Of a stretch of 64,000 nucleotides of DNA, positions 56,201-63,256 are shown in pieces. Below the pieces are notes generated by a model, which was given only the letters and a program-made list of their open reading frames with translations, did no database searches and was not told where the DNA came from. Position 1 is the first letter of the stretch, and each line of letters opens with the position of its first letter. Location: the NCBI GenBank assembly GCA_900320585.1, contig ONSV01000020.1, forward strand, positions 1,775 to 65,774. Direction: 5' to 3'. The position numbers were made by a program, and so were the translations under genes. Origin of the DNA: an uncultured Prevotellaceae bacterium. Its GTDB lineage: Bacteria > Bacteroidota > Bacteroidia > Bacteroidales > Bacteroidaceae.

Positions 56201-57433
56201 CTCGATACCGGGCAGGGTGGTCTTCGTGAACCCGTCGGGAACGGGGTATTCGGGAAACAGTTCCACGGGGTCGCTCCACGTATACCCGTCGTCGGAGGTC
56301 TGCAGCATGGTCTTTCCCGGTGGCTCATGCTCATGCCGGGGGTCGGTGAGGTAGTGCATGTAGAACTTGCCGTTCCAGTAGGCCATCATGGGCTGGTGGT
56401 TGTAGGTCCAGGGACGGCTGCCGCGCATGGTCTGGATGTTGTGCACACCCACCACGGGCTTCAGTCCGCCATCGTGGCGCTCAGGACGGGCGATGGTCTT
56501 GCCGGTGTAGTGCACCACGTCGCGGTTGTATTTGATGAGTCCCTCTACAAGTTCCTCGGGTGCCATGAACACGGTGCCGTGCTTATGGCCTACCGGGAAG
56601 TTCACGGCACCAGTGCGGTCCTCGAAATGCACGAAGTCCTTGGTGCGGTGAGCACCATAGATGCCTTGGCGGTAGGAGTCGTAGTAGATATACCACCAGT
56701 CGCCCACGCGGGCGGTGCTCGGTCCCTCGGTGAACGACTCGGTGAACGGTTCAGAGGCCTTGCTCCACGGACCATAGGGCGACTCGGCGAAAGCCACTTT
56801 GATGTTGCGCATGGGCCTTGAGTTGTCTTTCACCACCATCACATAGTCTTTCGCTCCTCTTTTCACCAGGGTGGCGTCGATGTCGCTGAAGTCGGGGTCG
56901 TAGAAGAGTTGGGTCTTGGCAAAGGTCTTGAAGTCTTTCGTCGTGGTATAGTAGAGCCTGTGGTTGTTGAGGTGCTCTTCTTGATAGTCGGGAAAACGAC
57001 CGGGCACGCACGAGGCCCAGATGATGAGGAACTGCTTGCGCACGTCGTCGTAGAACAGTTCCGGAGCCCACACGTTCACCGTAGTGGTGTCGCTCATTAC
57101 CTCAATGAAGCGTTGCTCGCTCCAGTGTATTAGGTCTTTCGACGAGGCATAGCCGAACCCCCGGTCGCCCCGCCACGAACTGGTCCACACCAGATGAAAC
57201 GTGCCGTCGGGACCACGGACGATAGAGGGGTCGCGCATCACTTTTTGCTTGCCCACCTGTGGGGTGAGAAACACACCTTGGATGGAGTCCCACCGCAGTC
57301 CGTCGGTGCTGTAAATGAAGCGCAGTCCTTCGGTGGCGGGCTCATGGAAGGAGGTGGAGACATAGATGTCCTTGGCATGAACCGGAAGAAGGCTCCATGC
57401 CATAAGTAGCAGAATCGTAAGATGTTTATTCAT
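53291..57433 (-). CDS. Trimodular GH43_18 alpha-L-arabinofuranosidase / GH143 Dha hydrolase / GH142 beta-L-arabinofuranosidase
   Basis: aa ~21-300 GH43-type (MRDPSI, NVWAPE, SDIDAT, TEGPS, HKHGTV); from aa ~304 GH143-type (HYTGK...VVGVHNIQ...WTYNHQPM, MHQRVGFY, QWVEEAD); from aa ~884 GH142-type (YYYRWW, QDGMEESISG, ARPTINSY, CEWDGAVWPFAT). Confidence 0.88.
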   Translation of the reverse strand: MNKHLTILLLMAWSLLPVHAKDIYVSTSFHEPATEGLRFIYSTDGLRWDSIQGVFLTPQVGKQKVMRDPSIVRGPDGTFHLVWTSSWRGDRGFGYASSKDLIHWSEQRFIEVMSDTTTVNVWAPELFYDDVRKQFLIIWASCVPGRFPDYQEEHLNNHRLYYTTTKDFKTFAKTQLFYDPDFSDIDATLVKRGAKDYVMVVKDNSRPMRNIKVAFAESPYGPWSKASEPFTESFTEGPSTARVGDWWYIYYDSYRQGIYGAHRTKDFVHFEDRTGAVNFPVGHKHGTVFMAPEELVEGLIKYNRDVVHYTGKTIARPERHDGGLKPVVGVHNIQTMRGSRPWTYNHQPMMAYWNGKFYMHYLTDPRHEHEPPGKTMLQTSDDGYTWSDPVELFPEYPVPDGFTKTTLPGIEAKNLKAIMHQRVGFYVAPNGKLIAIGNYGIALTPKDDPNDGNGIGRVVREVKEDGTFGPIYFIYYNHDFNARNTIYPYYKKSKDKAFVRAVDALMADPMQLMQWVEEADRNDPLIPLNKPYKAFSGYTLPDGRKVALWKHAVTSLSADGGNTWRVPCDRAPGFVNSNAKIWGQRLTDGTYATVYNPAEYRWPLAISLSSDGLEYTTLSLVHGEVTPLRHGGNYKSYGPQYTRGIQEGNGTPRDSDLWVTYSNNKEDIWVSRIPVPVRLNATTHAQAFPQTEQLSDLTDWNLYVPRMCSMNLKNGWLNLFDCDPYDYAKAERVIPNTKELEVEFDLMADQANEGELDIEFVDDEGNVCSRIVVDSTQTIRVKGGARYGTLLKRYEPGVEYHIKAVLSTSLHRAIYYLNGKKACERQFDTPVESISRIVFRTGMPFDKPDFNTPADQDFDMPRPDEFDPAVGYHIANVISRSVDDNTTAVLHYDDFAHYAEHFNTMEDENIVTTIPNAQSSEWMRKNIPLFDCPQENFREMYYYRWWTLRKHIKRTPVGYGMTEFLVDRSYADRYNLIACAIGHHVMESRWLRDTTYLHQILRTWYFGNEGKAMTKMNKFSSWNPYAVQQLFKVQGDTAFVLSLKPKLEEEYARWESTNRLPSGLYWQGDVQDGMEESISGGRKKQYARPTINSYMCGNAEALAWLNGLTWDVENTRLYKAKADTLRHLIVTHLWNEKDQFFETRRGDVADTLAAVREAIGYIPWYFNLTFTNPKYDVAWLQLLDEQGFSAPYGLTTAERRHPQFRSHGVGRCEWDGAVWPFATSQTLTALANYLNDYPAPHVVGDSVFFRQMELYVESQHHRGRPYIGEYLDEKNGAWLMGDRERSRYYNHSTFNDLMITGIVGLRPQDDGSIVVNPLLPDNQWDYFCLDGVNYRGHMLTIIWDKDGQHYHQGSGLILLVDGQCRAHRPDLGKLEYLFQH

Positions 57434-57530
57434 AGAATAAAAATGGTCTTTTCTTCATCGACGCGAAAACCATGGTTTTGTACTATATAATGATTTTTAT
57501 AATATGGTCTTTGACTGAAGAAGAGTTTTT

Positions 57531-57608
57531 TTGGCGGTCATCAACCATGGGCAAATCAGACAAATTTGGCGGTCATCATCCGTAGGGAAATCAGACAAAT
57601 TTGGCGGT
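57531..57608. repeat. 35-bp tandem repeat (2.2 copies) in the divergent promoter region
   Basis: TTGGCGGTCATCAACCATGGGCAAATCAGACAAAT / TTGGCGGTCATCATCCGTAGGGAAATCAGACAAAT / TTGGCGGT. Confidence 0.75.
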
Positions 57609-57699
57609 GGATACCCGTGAATGTCGCAAATTGCGGCCTTTGTCTGATGCTTTTCCTTCTTTTCCTTGCGATGAGGAGAAGAAAAAGGATGAATGATGC

Positions 57700-57707
57700 T
57701 ATTTTTG
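57700..57707 (+). promoter_or_regulatory. sigma-A -7 element TATTTTTG
   Basis: TAnnTTTG 23 bp upstream of ATG 57731. Confidence 0.55.
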
Positions 57708-57730
57708 CCATAGAAAAATTAAGGGAAACC

Positions 57731-58462
57731 ATGATGAAAAATACTGACAAATTTCAAGTAAAGGCCCCTCGGTCACCCAAAGACCAGGTGAGCGTGCTAT
57801 TCCTCCATCTTGTGGTGGCTTTCACGCTATGCCTTGTCGCGTCCAACATTTTGGAAACCAAGCAAATCCTCAATAGTCCCATCGGTCTTACTGGCGGACT
57901 GTTGGTGTTTCCCATCTCTTATGTCATCAACGACATTGTGGCCGAGGTGTGGGGCTACCGGCGGGCGAGTCTGCTCATCTGGACCGGATTCGTGATGATG
58001 GAACTGTTTTTCATCCTATGCGCGCTGGTCGATGCCGTGCCTGGGGCACCGGGGTGGGACAACGAGGCAGGATTCCATGCCATCTTTGGTTTGGCGCCAC
58101 GCATCGCCATTGCCTCGTGCGTCGCGTTTGTCTGTGGCAGTTTTGTCAACGCCTATGTGATGAGCAGGATGAAGGTGCGGCAACAGGGTCGGCATTTCGC
58201 CGTGCGTGCCGTAATGAGCAGTATATGCGGAGAGGCTTGCGACTCGGTTATCTTCTTCCCACTGGCATTCTTGGGCGTACTGCCTACCTACCTGGTACTC
58301 CACATGATGGTGGTGCAATTCATCTTGAAGACGCTCTACGAGGTGGTGCTGCTGCCTGTAACCATCCCTGTCATCAAGTGGGTGAAGGCCAATGAGGGCG
58401 TGGATGTCTACGACCACGACATCAGTTACAACATCCTGGATATCTTCAGGAAAAAGAAGTAA
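57731..58462 (+). CDS. yhhQ: Queuosine precursor transporter (YhhQ/VUT, DUF165 family)
   Basis: Multi-pass membrane protein with VASNILETK, GLLVFPISYVINDIVAEVWGY, PRIAIAS..AF..GSFVN, RAVMSSICGEACDSVIF. Confidence 0.85.
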   Translation: MMKNTDKFQVKAPRSPKDQVSVLFLHLVVAFTLCLVASNILETKQILNSPIGLTGGLLVFPISYVINDIVAEVWGYRRASLLIWTGFVMMELFFILCALVDAVPGAPGWDNEAGFHAIFGLAPRIAIASCVAFVCGSFVNAYVMSRMKVRQQGRHFAVRAVMSSICGEACDSVIFFPLAFLGVLPTYLVLHMMVVQFILKTLYEVVLLPVTIPVIKWVKANEGVDVYDHDISYNILDIFRKKK

Positions 58463-58487
58463 GGTCTTTTGGGAATGAAGGCCGTTT

Positions 58488-58514
58488 GGGGGTGGGTACT
58501 TTCCACCCCCTTTT
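58488..58514 (+). terminator. Terminator-like hairpin after yhhQ
   Basis: GGGGGTGG/CCACCCCC stem, 7-nt loop, then TTTT. Confidence 0.55.
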
Positions 58515-58548
58515 CCGTCTTAAGGAAAAGAACCAATCCTTTAAACCC

Positions 58549-59442
58549 ATGTTACAAAAAAAATACAGGGGCGTCGTCGTGCCTATGGTGACGCCAGTGA
58601 CTGAACAAGGCAGGGTGGATGTGCCCGCAGTGGAGAGAATCATCGGGATGTTTGCCCAAAATGGTGTGGCACCCCTGCTGCTGGGAACCACCGGAGAAGG
58701 CAACTCCGTGGCCAAGGACGAGGCCGTGGCGCTTGTCAGTTCGGCCGTCCGCGCTGCCAACCACCGCATCCTTATCTATGCCGGACTCACCGGCAACTGT
58801 TTCAGTGAGCAACTGGTCCAGGCCGAGGCATATCACCAGGCAGGGGCCGATGTCATCGTGGCCACCTTGCCCACCTACTATGCCCTCACGCCACAGCAGA
58901 TGCTCAACTACTACACGATGCTCGCCGACTCCATCACAGGGCCGCTCATGCTCTACAACATCCTCGCCACCACCCACATGAGCATCCCGCTCGATGTGGT
59001 GAGACAGTTGGCCGACCACCCCAATATCGTGGGACTGAAAGACTCCGAGCGCAATATCGAGCGCATGACCGAGTGCATCGCTTTCACCAAGGAGCGCCCC
59101 GACTTCTCATTTTTCTGCGGATGCGCGGCACTGTCGGCAGAGACCCTCCTGATGGGGGCCGATGGCATCGTGCCCTCAGGGGGCAACTTCATTCCCGGGA
59201 TGTATCAGCAACTCTATCAGGCGACCATAGATGGTGATAAAGACGAGGCTTTCCGCTTGCAGAAAGCCACTGCCGACGTGTGCGAGATCTATCAGAAAGG
59301 CCGTACGCTTGGCGACAGCCTGGCCGCCCTCAAGGTGATGATGCAGACCAAGCAGCTCTGCGACCCTTGGATGCTCATGCCACTCAACCGTCTGCCAGAG
59401 AGCGAGGAGAATGAAATCATTTTACAAGTGTCCAAAATCTAA
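58549..59442 (+). CDS. DapA/NAL-family class I pyruvate aldolase (not a true DHDPS); proposed Dha aldolase
   Basis: PMVTP, LGTTGEG, catalytic Tyr in LYNILATT, Schiff-base Lys in GLKDS; lacks the DHDPS YNxPxRTG arginine. Confidence 0.85.
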   Translation: MLQKKYRGVVVPMVTPVTEQGRVDVPAVERIIGMFAQNGVAPLLLGTTGEGNSVAKDEAVALVSSAVRAANHRILIYAGLTGNCFSEQLVQAEAYHQAGADVIVATLPTYYALTPQQMLNYYTMLADSITGPLMLYNILATTHMSIPLDVVRQLADHPNIVGLKDSERNIERMTECIAFTKERPDFSFFCGCAALSAETLLMGADGIVPSGGNFIPGMYQQLYQATIDGDKDEAFRLQKATADVCEIYQKGRTLGDSLAALKVMMQTKQLCDPWMLMPLNRLPESEENEIILQVSKI

Positions 59443-59454
59443 CTCCCGATAGAA

Positions 59455-61023
59455 ATGCATTGGATAGACTATTTCATCGTCATTGTATCTATCTTGGTGG
59501 CCATCGTCATGGGTGTCTATTTCGCCCACCGGCAGAAAGACACCAGCACCTATTTTGCCGCAGGCGGTCGTATTCCGGCCTGGGCAGTGGGCATGTCGAT
59601 CTTCGCCACGCTCATCTCCAGCGTCACGTTCCTGGCCTATCCGGGCGCGGCATACGCCGGCAACTGGATTCTGCTGGTTCAGGGACTTATGGTGCCCATC
59701 GTGCTGCTGGCGCTCATCGGGGTCATCGTTCCCTTGTTCAGGAAGGTCATCCGGCTTTCTACCTATGAGTATTTCGAACGGCGCTTCGGACTCTTCGCGC
59801 GGCTCTATAGTTCGCTGGCCTTCACCCTGGGCCATTTCTCCAAGGCGGGCACGGTGTTCTTCCTCGTCTCGATGGCGCTCGCCACCTTCCTCAACATCAA
59901 TATCTATACCGTGGTCATGGTGCTGGGAATCACCATCATCATCCTGACCCTGCTTGGTGGCATGGAGGCCATCGTGTGGATGGACGTGGTGCAGGGAGCC
60001 CTGCTCATTGGTGGAGGACTCATCTGTGTGGCACTGCTTTTGTTCTTGCCCGAAGGCGGACCGTCGGAGGTGTTCCGCATCGCTGGAGAGTACGACAAGA
60101 TAGGATTCGGTCCCTACGATTTCGACTTCACCACGCTCACCTTCATCGTCATGGTGCTCAATGGCATTTTCTATGCCCTGCAGAAGTATGGTACCGACCA
60201 GACCATCGTACAGCGCTACCTCACTGCCCGCAACGACCGCGAGGCCAAGAAGGCGGCGTTTATCGGCGTGTTGATGAGCGTGCCCATCTGGGCGCTCTTC
60301 ATGTTCATCGGAACCTGCCTCTTCGCCTATTACCATTCCACAGGGGCTCCATTGCTCCCCGAGGGAATCAAGAGCGACGAGGTGTTTCCCTATTTCATCA
60401 GTCACCAGCTGCCTGTGGGCATACGCGGACTGATTATCGCGGCGTTGGCGGCAGCGGCCATCTCGAGCCTCGATGCCGACCTGAACTGCCTCTCTGCCAT
60501 TGCCGTGCAGGACTATTATGCCCGTTTCAAGAAGCATAGCACCGACCGTAAGCAACTGCGCTTCGGAAAGACCATGGTGGTCGTTGCCGGAGTGGGGGCT
60601 ATGGCGGTGGCCTGCCTCTACATCTCATGGGGCGGAGAGGGCGTGCTCGGTGCGTTGTTCTCGCTCTATGCCATATTCTCGGCGGGCATCGTGGGCATCT
60701 TCATCCTGGGACTGTTCAGCCGGCGTGCCAATAAGCAGGGACTCTATGTGGGCATCGCCGTGGCAGTGCTTTTCACGGCCTATGCCGTGCTTACCTCGAC
60801 AAAGGTCGACCTCAACGGCGACGGAGTGAAGGAGACAATCCTCGACCTTGGCGAGTGGAACTTCAAGCACCACAACTACATGTTGGGTGTCTATAGCCAC
60901 CTCATCGTGTTGGTGGTGGGCTATCTGGCCAGTTTCCTCTTCAAGACGCCACTTGCCGACAAGGAACTCACCATCTATGGATATTTGGAAAACAAGAAAA
61001 AAGAAACCCATCCTGAATCATGA
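59455..61023 (+). CDS. Sodium:solute symporter (SSS family, sugar-acid type)
   Basis: YFAAGGRIPAWAVGMSIFATLISSVTFLAYPG, STYEYFERRFG, GGMEAIVWMDVVQ, DQTIVQRYL, AAAISSLD; many TM helices. Confidence 0.92.
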   Translation: MHWIDYFIVIVSILVAIVMGVYFAHRQKDTSTYFAAGGRIPAWAVGMSIFATLISSVTFLAYPGAAYAGNWILLVQGLMVPIVLLALIGVIVPLFRKVIRLSTYEYFERRFGLFARLYSSLAFTLGHFSKAGTVFFLVSMALATFLNINIYTVVMVLGITIIILTLLGGMEAIVWMDVVQGALLIGGGLICVALLLFLPEGGPSEVFRIAGEYDKIGFGPYDFDFTTLTFIVMVLNGIFYALQKYGTDQTIVQRYLTARNDREAKKAAFIGVLMSVPIWALFMFIGTCLFAYYHSTGAPLLPEGIKSDEVFPYFISHQLPVGIRGLIIAALAAAAISSLDADLNCLSAIAVQDYYARFKKHSTDRKQLRFGKTMVVVAGVGAMAVACLYISWGGEGVLGALFSLYAIFSAGIVGIFILGLFSRRANKQGLYVGIAVAVLFTAYAVLTSTKVDLNGDGVKETILDLGEWNFKHHNYMLGVYSHLIVLVVGYLASFLFKTPLADKELTIYGYLENKKKETHPES

Positions 61024-62165
61024 AATCCATCACGCTACTTCAGCCACAGAAAATCGTTTTCGGTACTGGCTGCATCCAGAACTTCTGCGATGACTATCTC
61101 CATCTTGGCTTTCACCGGCTCTTTGTGCTCACGGCACCTCCTATCTTGCCGCTCATCTCACCCACACTCGATGCGTTGAGGCAGAAAGGGGTGGAGACTC
61201 ATGTGTTCCATGACATCACCGCCGAACCGACGGTCGGCGACTTCAAGAACATCCTCCGCGAGGCACGGGATTTCGGTGCCGACAGCGTAGTGGGCATCGG
61301 CGGTGGCAGTGTGCTCGACCTGGCCAAACTGGTGGCGGCTCTCGTCGATAGCGACCAGCAGGTGGAGGACCTCTTCGGCACCGGACTCGTCGGAAAGAAG
61401 GGCAAATGGCTGGCTTGCCTTCCCACGACGGCAGGCACGGGCAGCGAGGTGTCGCCCAACGCCATCTTGCTTGATGAGCGCGACCAACTGAAGAAGGGCA
61501 TCGTGAGTCCGTTCCTCGTGGCCGATGCCGCTTACGTCGACCCTCGTCTCACATGGACCGTTCCTCCGAAAGTGACGGCCGACACGGGAATGGACGCGCT
61601 CACCCACTGTATCGAGGCCTATACCAACAAGTTCGCGCATCCCGCTGTTGATATCTATGCCCGCGAGGGTATCCGGCTCATCTCGGCACATCTCAAAAGG
61701 GCGGTCACCAATCCCGAGGACAAGGAGGCCCGCGAGGCCCTGGCATTGGGCAGCCTGTATGGCGGACTGTGCCTGGGACCGGTCAACACGGCGGCAGTGC
61801 ATGCGCTTTCCTATCCACTCGGGGGCGAGTTCCATATCCCTCATGGCCTGTCGAACGCCATCCTCCTCCCTTCGGTGATGAGGTTCAACCTGCCTGCCTG
61901 TCCGCAACGCTACGCCGAGGTGGCCATTGCCTGTGGCATAGTTCCCGGCAGCGACGAGAAGGAAACGGCACTGAGGGGTGTGGAGTTGATTGGCGAGCTC
62001 TCGGCTGCAGTGGGCATCCCGCAAAAACTCTCCGACCTGCATATCCCGTAGTCGGCTGTCGATGGCATGGCCAAGGCTGCCATGCAGGTGCAGCGCCTAC
62101 TGAAGAACAATCCCTGTGAGGTGACCGAACAGGATGCCCGCGATATCTACAACTCACTGTATTGA
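61020..62165 (+). CDS. Iron-containing alcohol dehydrogenase, interrupted by an in-frame TAG at 62049-62051 (381 aa if read through)
   Basis: GIGGGSVLDLAK, PTTAGTGSEV, GMDALTHCIE, VHALSY, HIPHGLSNA. After the TAG the frame continues SAVDGMAKAAMQVQRLLKNNPCEVTEQDARDIYNSLY, a typical Fe-ADH C-terminus. ATGA overlap with the symporter. Confidence 0.85.
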
Positions 62166-62221
62166 AAAAGTGACCGGAATCTCCGGATATTCCATTGTTG
62201 AATCGAAAAAACACAATAATC

Positions 62222-63256
62222 ATGAAACCAATCTTAGCCATAACCATGGGCGACCCTGCCGGCATCGGACCGGAAATCGTTGTCAGGGCACTGAGCCATG
62301 AGTCTACTTACCAGAAATGCCGTCCCATCGTCACAGGCGATGCCAACGTGATGCGGAAGGCCGTCAGTCTTTTGGGCCTCGACCTCCAGGTGAATGCCGT
62401 GGACGAGGTGAAAGCGGCAAAGTTTGAGTTCGGTACCATTGATGTGTACGACCTGAAGTGTGTCGATGCCGACTCGTTCGAGTTCGGCAAGGTGGCAGCA
62501 CAGTGTGGCAATGCCGCTTTCGTGTCGATAAGAAAGGCCATCGACCTGGCCATGGCCGAGGAGGTGGACGGCACGGTGACTGCCCCGCTCAACAAGGAGG
62601 CGCTCAACCTGGCCGGTCATCATTTCGATGGCCATACCGAGATTTACGCCACCTTCACCAATACCAAGAAATACGCCATGCTGCTGGCCGACGAGCATCT
62701 CAGGGTCATTCATGTTTCTACCCATGTGCCGCTCCGAAAAGCCTGCGACCTGGTGAAGAAAGCCCGAATCATCGAGGTCACCGAACTCATCGACGATGCC
62801 TGCCGGCAGTTCGGCATCGAGAACCCGCGGATAGGCATCGCGGGCCTCAATCCCCATTCCAGCGACAATGGCCTGTTTGGCGACGAGGAGGCCCTCGAAA
62901 TCATACCGGCAGTGGCCGAACTGGCGGCCAGAGGCTTCAATGTGTCGGGGCCTGTGCCGCCCGATACGCTATTCGCCAAGGCTAAATGCGGACAGTTCGA
63001 CGGTTGTGTGGCGATGTACCACGACCAGGGACATATCCCGTTCAAGGTGGTGGGCTTCAACTGGAATGCCGAGACGGGGAAGATGGACAGCGTGAAAGGA
63101 GTCAACATCACGCTCGGACTGCCCATCATCCGGGTGTCGGTAGACCATGGCACGGCATTCGACGTGGCGGGTAAGGGCATAGCCAGCGAGGACGCTATGA
63201 TGATTTCCATCGACTATGCCACGAAGATGGCTATCAACCGACGCATCAGGAAATGA
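62222..63256 (+). CDS. pdxA2: PdxA-family dehydrogenase (PdxA2, D-threonate/D-erythronate 4-phosphate dehydrogenase type)
   Basis: AITMGDPAGIGPEI, TAPLNKE, GHTE, GLNPHS, GPVPPDTLF, AMYHDQGHIP, GVNITLGLPIIRVSVDHGTAFDVAG; coupled to a DUF1537 kinase. Confidence 0.92.
   Translation: MKPILAITMGDPAGIGPEIVVRALSHESTYQKCRPIVTGDANVMRKAVSLLGLDLQVNAVDEVKAAKFEFGTIDVYDLKCVDADSFEFGKVAAQCGNAAFVSIRKAIDLAMAEEVDGTVTAPLNKEALNLAGHHFDGHTEIYATFTNTKKYAMLLADEHLRVIHVSTHVPLRKACDLVKKARIIEVTELIDDACRQFGIENPRIGIAGLNPHSSDNGLFGDEEALEIIPAVAELAARGFNVSGPVPPDTLFAKAKCGQFDGCVAMYHDQGHIPFKVVGFNWNAETGKMDSVKGVNITLGLPIIRVSVDHGTAFDVAGKGIASEDAMMISIDYATKMAINRRIRK

Noticed and set aside
3394-56821. Many long antisense or alternate-frame ORFs (e.g. 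4861..6519, 14392..15744, 41658..43460, 55364..56821)
   Set aside because: They overlap well-supported genes, show no domain motifs, and are expected from strong GC3 codon bias.
57434-57730. preQ1 riboswitch upstream of yhhQ, and the longer 57566 start
   Set aside because: No recognisable preQ1 aptamer; the -7 element at 57700 implies a very short leader and favours ATG 57731.
58549-59442. Lysine-biosynthesis dapA
   Set aside because: Lacks the DHDPS-specific YNxPxRTG arginine and sits in a sugar-acid catabolic operon.
62049-62051. Genome-wide TAG reassignment or pyrrolysine
   Set aside because: TAG ends several intact genes in the window at their expected C-termini, and no pyl genes are present.
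62222-63256. Vitamin B6 biosynthetic pdxA
   Set aside because: Coupling to a DUF1537 kinase is the PdxA2 catabolic context; no pdxJ nearby.
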